A stretch of 64,000 bases of DNA. It comes from Lingula anatina. Lineage: Eukaryota > Animalia > Brachiopoda. Positions 61,867 to 64,000 of the stretch are shown here, in pieces (position 1 is the stretch's first letter; each line of letters begins with the position of its first letter). The position numbers were made by a program, and so were the translations under genes. The stretch lies in assembly GCA_051362555.1 (NCBI GenBank), contig CM120649.1:9858001-9922000 (forward strand), given 5' to 3'. The notes beneath the pieces are model-generated. The model did no database searches, was not told the origin of the DNA, and saw only the letters and a program-made list of their open reading frames with translations.

Positions 61867-62550
61867 AACAAGGCAGCAAAGCTGTAAAATGTACAGACAA
61901 AAAGCTAGGATACTGTCAATTCTGATGCAATAATATATTATGCTTAACTACAAAGTCAGTATCAAATTTTCATTATGCATAACAAGTACGAATAAAAGTA
62001 AAAGCATAAGGCTTCAGGTCCATGAGAATTTCAATTCACAAAGTTCACAGTCAAAATGCCAGAATGAGCAAAATGAACATTTCCCCCAAACTTGCATGAA
62101 TTCAATAAAAAGTGATAATCCAATGAAGCTTGTTTTCTAATTTGAGCTGTATGTCTATCCTAAGAATCATTCTTGTAAGTTAAAAAGTAACGCAGTTTTC
62201 TTTTCATAACGTTTGCGGTGAAGTAGGTTCTGATGTAATTATGTAATTATTGCATAATGATAAACTGTATAATTACCACCAAATTTAATTACCTAATATT
62301 ATTAACGTGGACATTTAGAAAATTTGATTACCATTGCATGGGCTTCATGCCCAAGTCCCACAATGAAAATGGTAATACTTAACAGCATAATGACCATCAA
62401 TTTTTAATAATAAAATATAACTATCATGGATATTCAGAAAATGTGACAAGCAAAGTTCTTCAATCCCATGGAAGTTAAAAGTCACACCTTTAAAATGGCA
62501 AAATGTAAATGAAATATAACTGTACTGAAATGAGTTTATTTCCATTTCAC
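61867..62550 (+). mobile_element. Truncated second copy of the HINE-like element at 3536-6322
   Basis: aacaaggcagcaaagctgtaaaatgtacagacaaaa; 62375-62545 matches 5020-5190. Confidence 0.8.
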
Positions 62551-63770
62551 CCCGTCTCTGCAGGTGCGCTTTTTATTGTTCAGTCTTCTAAATACCACAT
62601 GTAACATACTGATAACAGCATTAAATGTGCATCCTTTTGTATGTTTTACAGTCATTGAAAAGATTACCGCTGATCACACTAATATACACTGATATCACAG
62701 GGGTAGACAAAATTACATAAATTACAACATTTTGTTAACATACTTGTGGCGACCCTGTGGTCAGAAAGTATCATTGGCCCTCTCTTAGTAAATATCGAGA
62801 TACAGGCCTGTACTTTCAAAAGGGGTGTTCTTTTTCTGAAAAGGTGAACCTTTTACCATTGAACCTTCGTGCACCTAGATAAATTTTTACCTAGAGGGGA
62901 TCTTTTCCCAGCGAACCCCCCCCCCCCCAACCCTCTGGCTACGGGCCGAGAAAGGATGAAATAAAATGTATCGAAACGCCTTCATTTCACGTGCCTAACC
63001 GGCACACAACAACTCACGTGTGTGCGCGCGCTCTCGCACACGAACGCAAGCGTGCCCACACGCACACGCACACACACACACACACAAAGAGAGGCATCAA
63101 GTTACAAAAAAAAAAAAAAAAACAAGAAAGATACAAATAAAATATCCTATATTGGACTTTTTAGAAATGATTCAACAAAACTGTTTTTTTCAAAACGTGA
63201 ATGGCCCGACTGTACCATCCATTAACATGCCACATCTCCGCATCCGAATATCTTCTACCCTGGAAACTCGCTATTGTAAATACGTTTCTCAAGACAGGAT
63301 GCTCACAGGTTTTTCCAAATAGTTATCGGTTTAACAGAATTTGTATCGGTCGGGAATTAAACGCTGACCGGTTTTTTAAAAAAAAATTACTTCCGTCAAT
63401 TTGCATAATGTGAAAGTGTTGCTATGGAGACGGCTTTAATCACATTATAGTTTGCAAATGTTTGCCCAAGAAATAAAAAGTACTGAGTTCTGTTAATAAT
63501 TTGAGACCCTGTATTTCAGGCCAGCGAGTTCCAAGTACCTTACCTACTTGGCTATACAATGGAATATTCAGGATAGTTTTAGAAAAATGATCCACTTTAA
63601 TTTTAAAATACAATGCATATAACCGTGTGAATATACAGTTGTTCTTAACGGAAAAAATCTAACATTTACCGGTGCAAATCTCAGGAAAGGTCCTCATACT
63701 TACTGTGCAGAGGGAATAGGACGAACAAGAGTTGAGACGTTCTTGGGAAAAGGAGAAGTGTTGATTTCGC

Positions 63771-63798
<28 letters not shown>
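63771..63798. repeat. (GA)n microsatellite
   Basis: Directly visible. Confidence 0.95.
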
Positions 63799-63801
<3 letters not shown>

Positions 63802-64000
63802 GGGATATGAAAGAATGCATTTATCTTTAAAGGACGCCCATTATGAATAGGGAAAGCGTTATGTTTTTGAAAAATTTAAGTCACTTATAATGACTGGTTC
63901 GAAAATAACTTTAAAATAACAAGGTTTTGTAAATAATAAAGTGATTGTAGAAAATCACAAAGACTGTCAAATCAGGAAACATACATGTAAAATGTGACTG

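Overview
This is AT-rich animal genomic DNA, probably from a marine invertebrate; the taxon cannot be fixed from the window alone. Almost the whole window is one minus-strand gene. I reconstructed 41 exons by hand (59077 down to 330). All have GT donors and AG acceptors with mutually compatible phases and no internal stops, giving about 12.6 kb of CDS (about 4,200 aa). The gene probably continues past the left edge, and its first (signal-peptide) exon is unresolved. Predicted order from the N terminus: three bark beetle/anakonda-type repeats (beta-helix, SRCR, CUB-like; the SRCR is intact, degenerate and absent in turn), a degenerate chitin-binding CBM14 exon, a C-type lectin, EGF x2, PSI, about 630 aa of unassigned sequence with internal repeats, a CxCxC-rich segment, EGF, a VWD domain with GDPH, about 11 EGF repeats, two cadherin repeats and an S/T-rich stalk. 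The introns are full of transposon debris: two Tc1 relics, two LINE 3' ends, a Helentron/HINE-like element carrying a 161-bp satellite, a TTAA-flanked Kolobok-like element, and many MITEs with visible TIRs and TSDs, several of them nested. No rRNA, tRNA or CRISPR feature was seen. All domain and family names come from motif recognition, not database searches.
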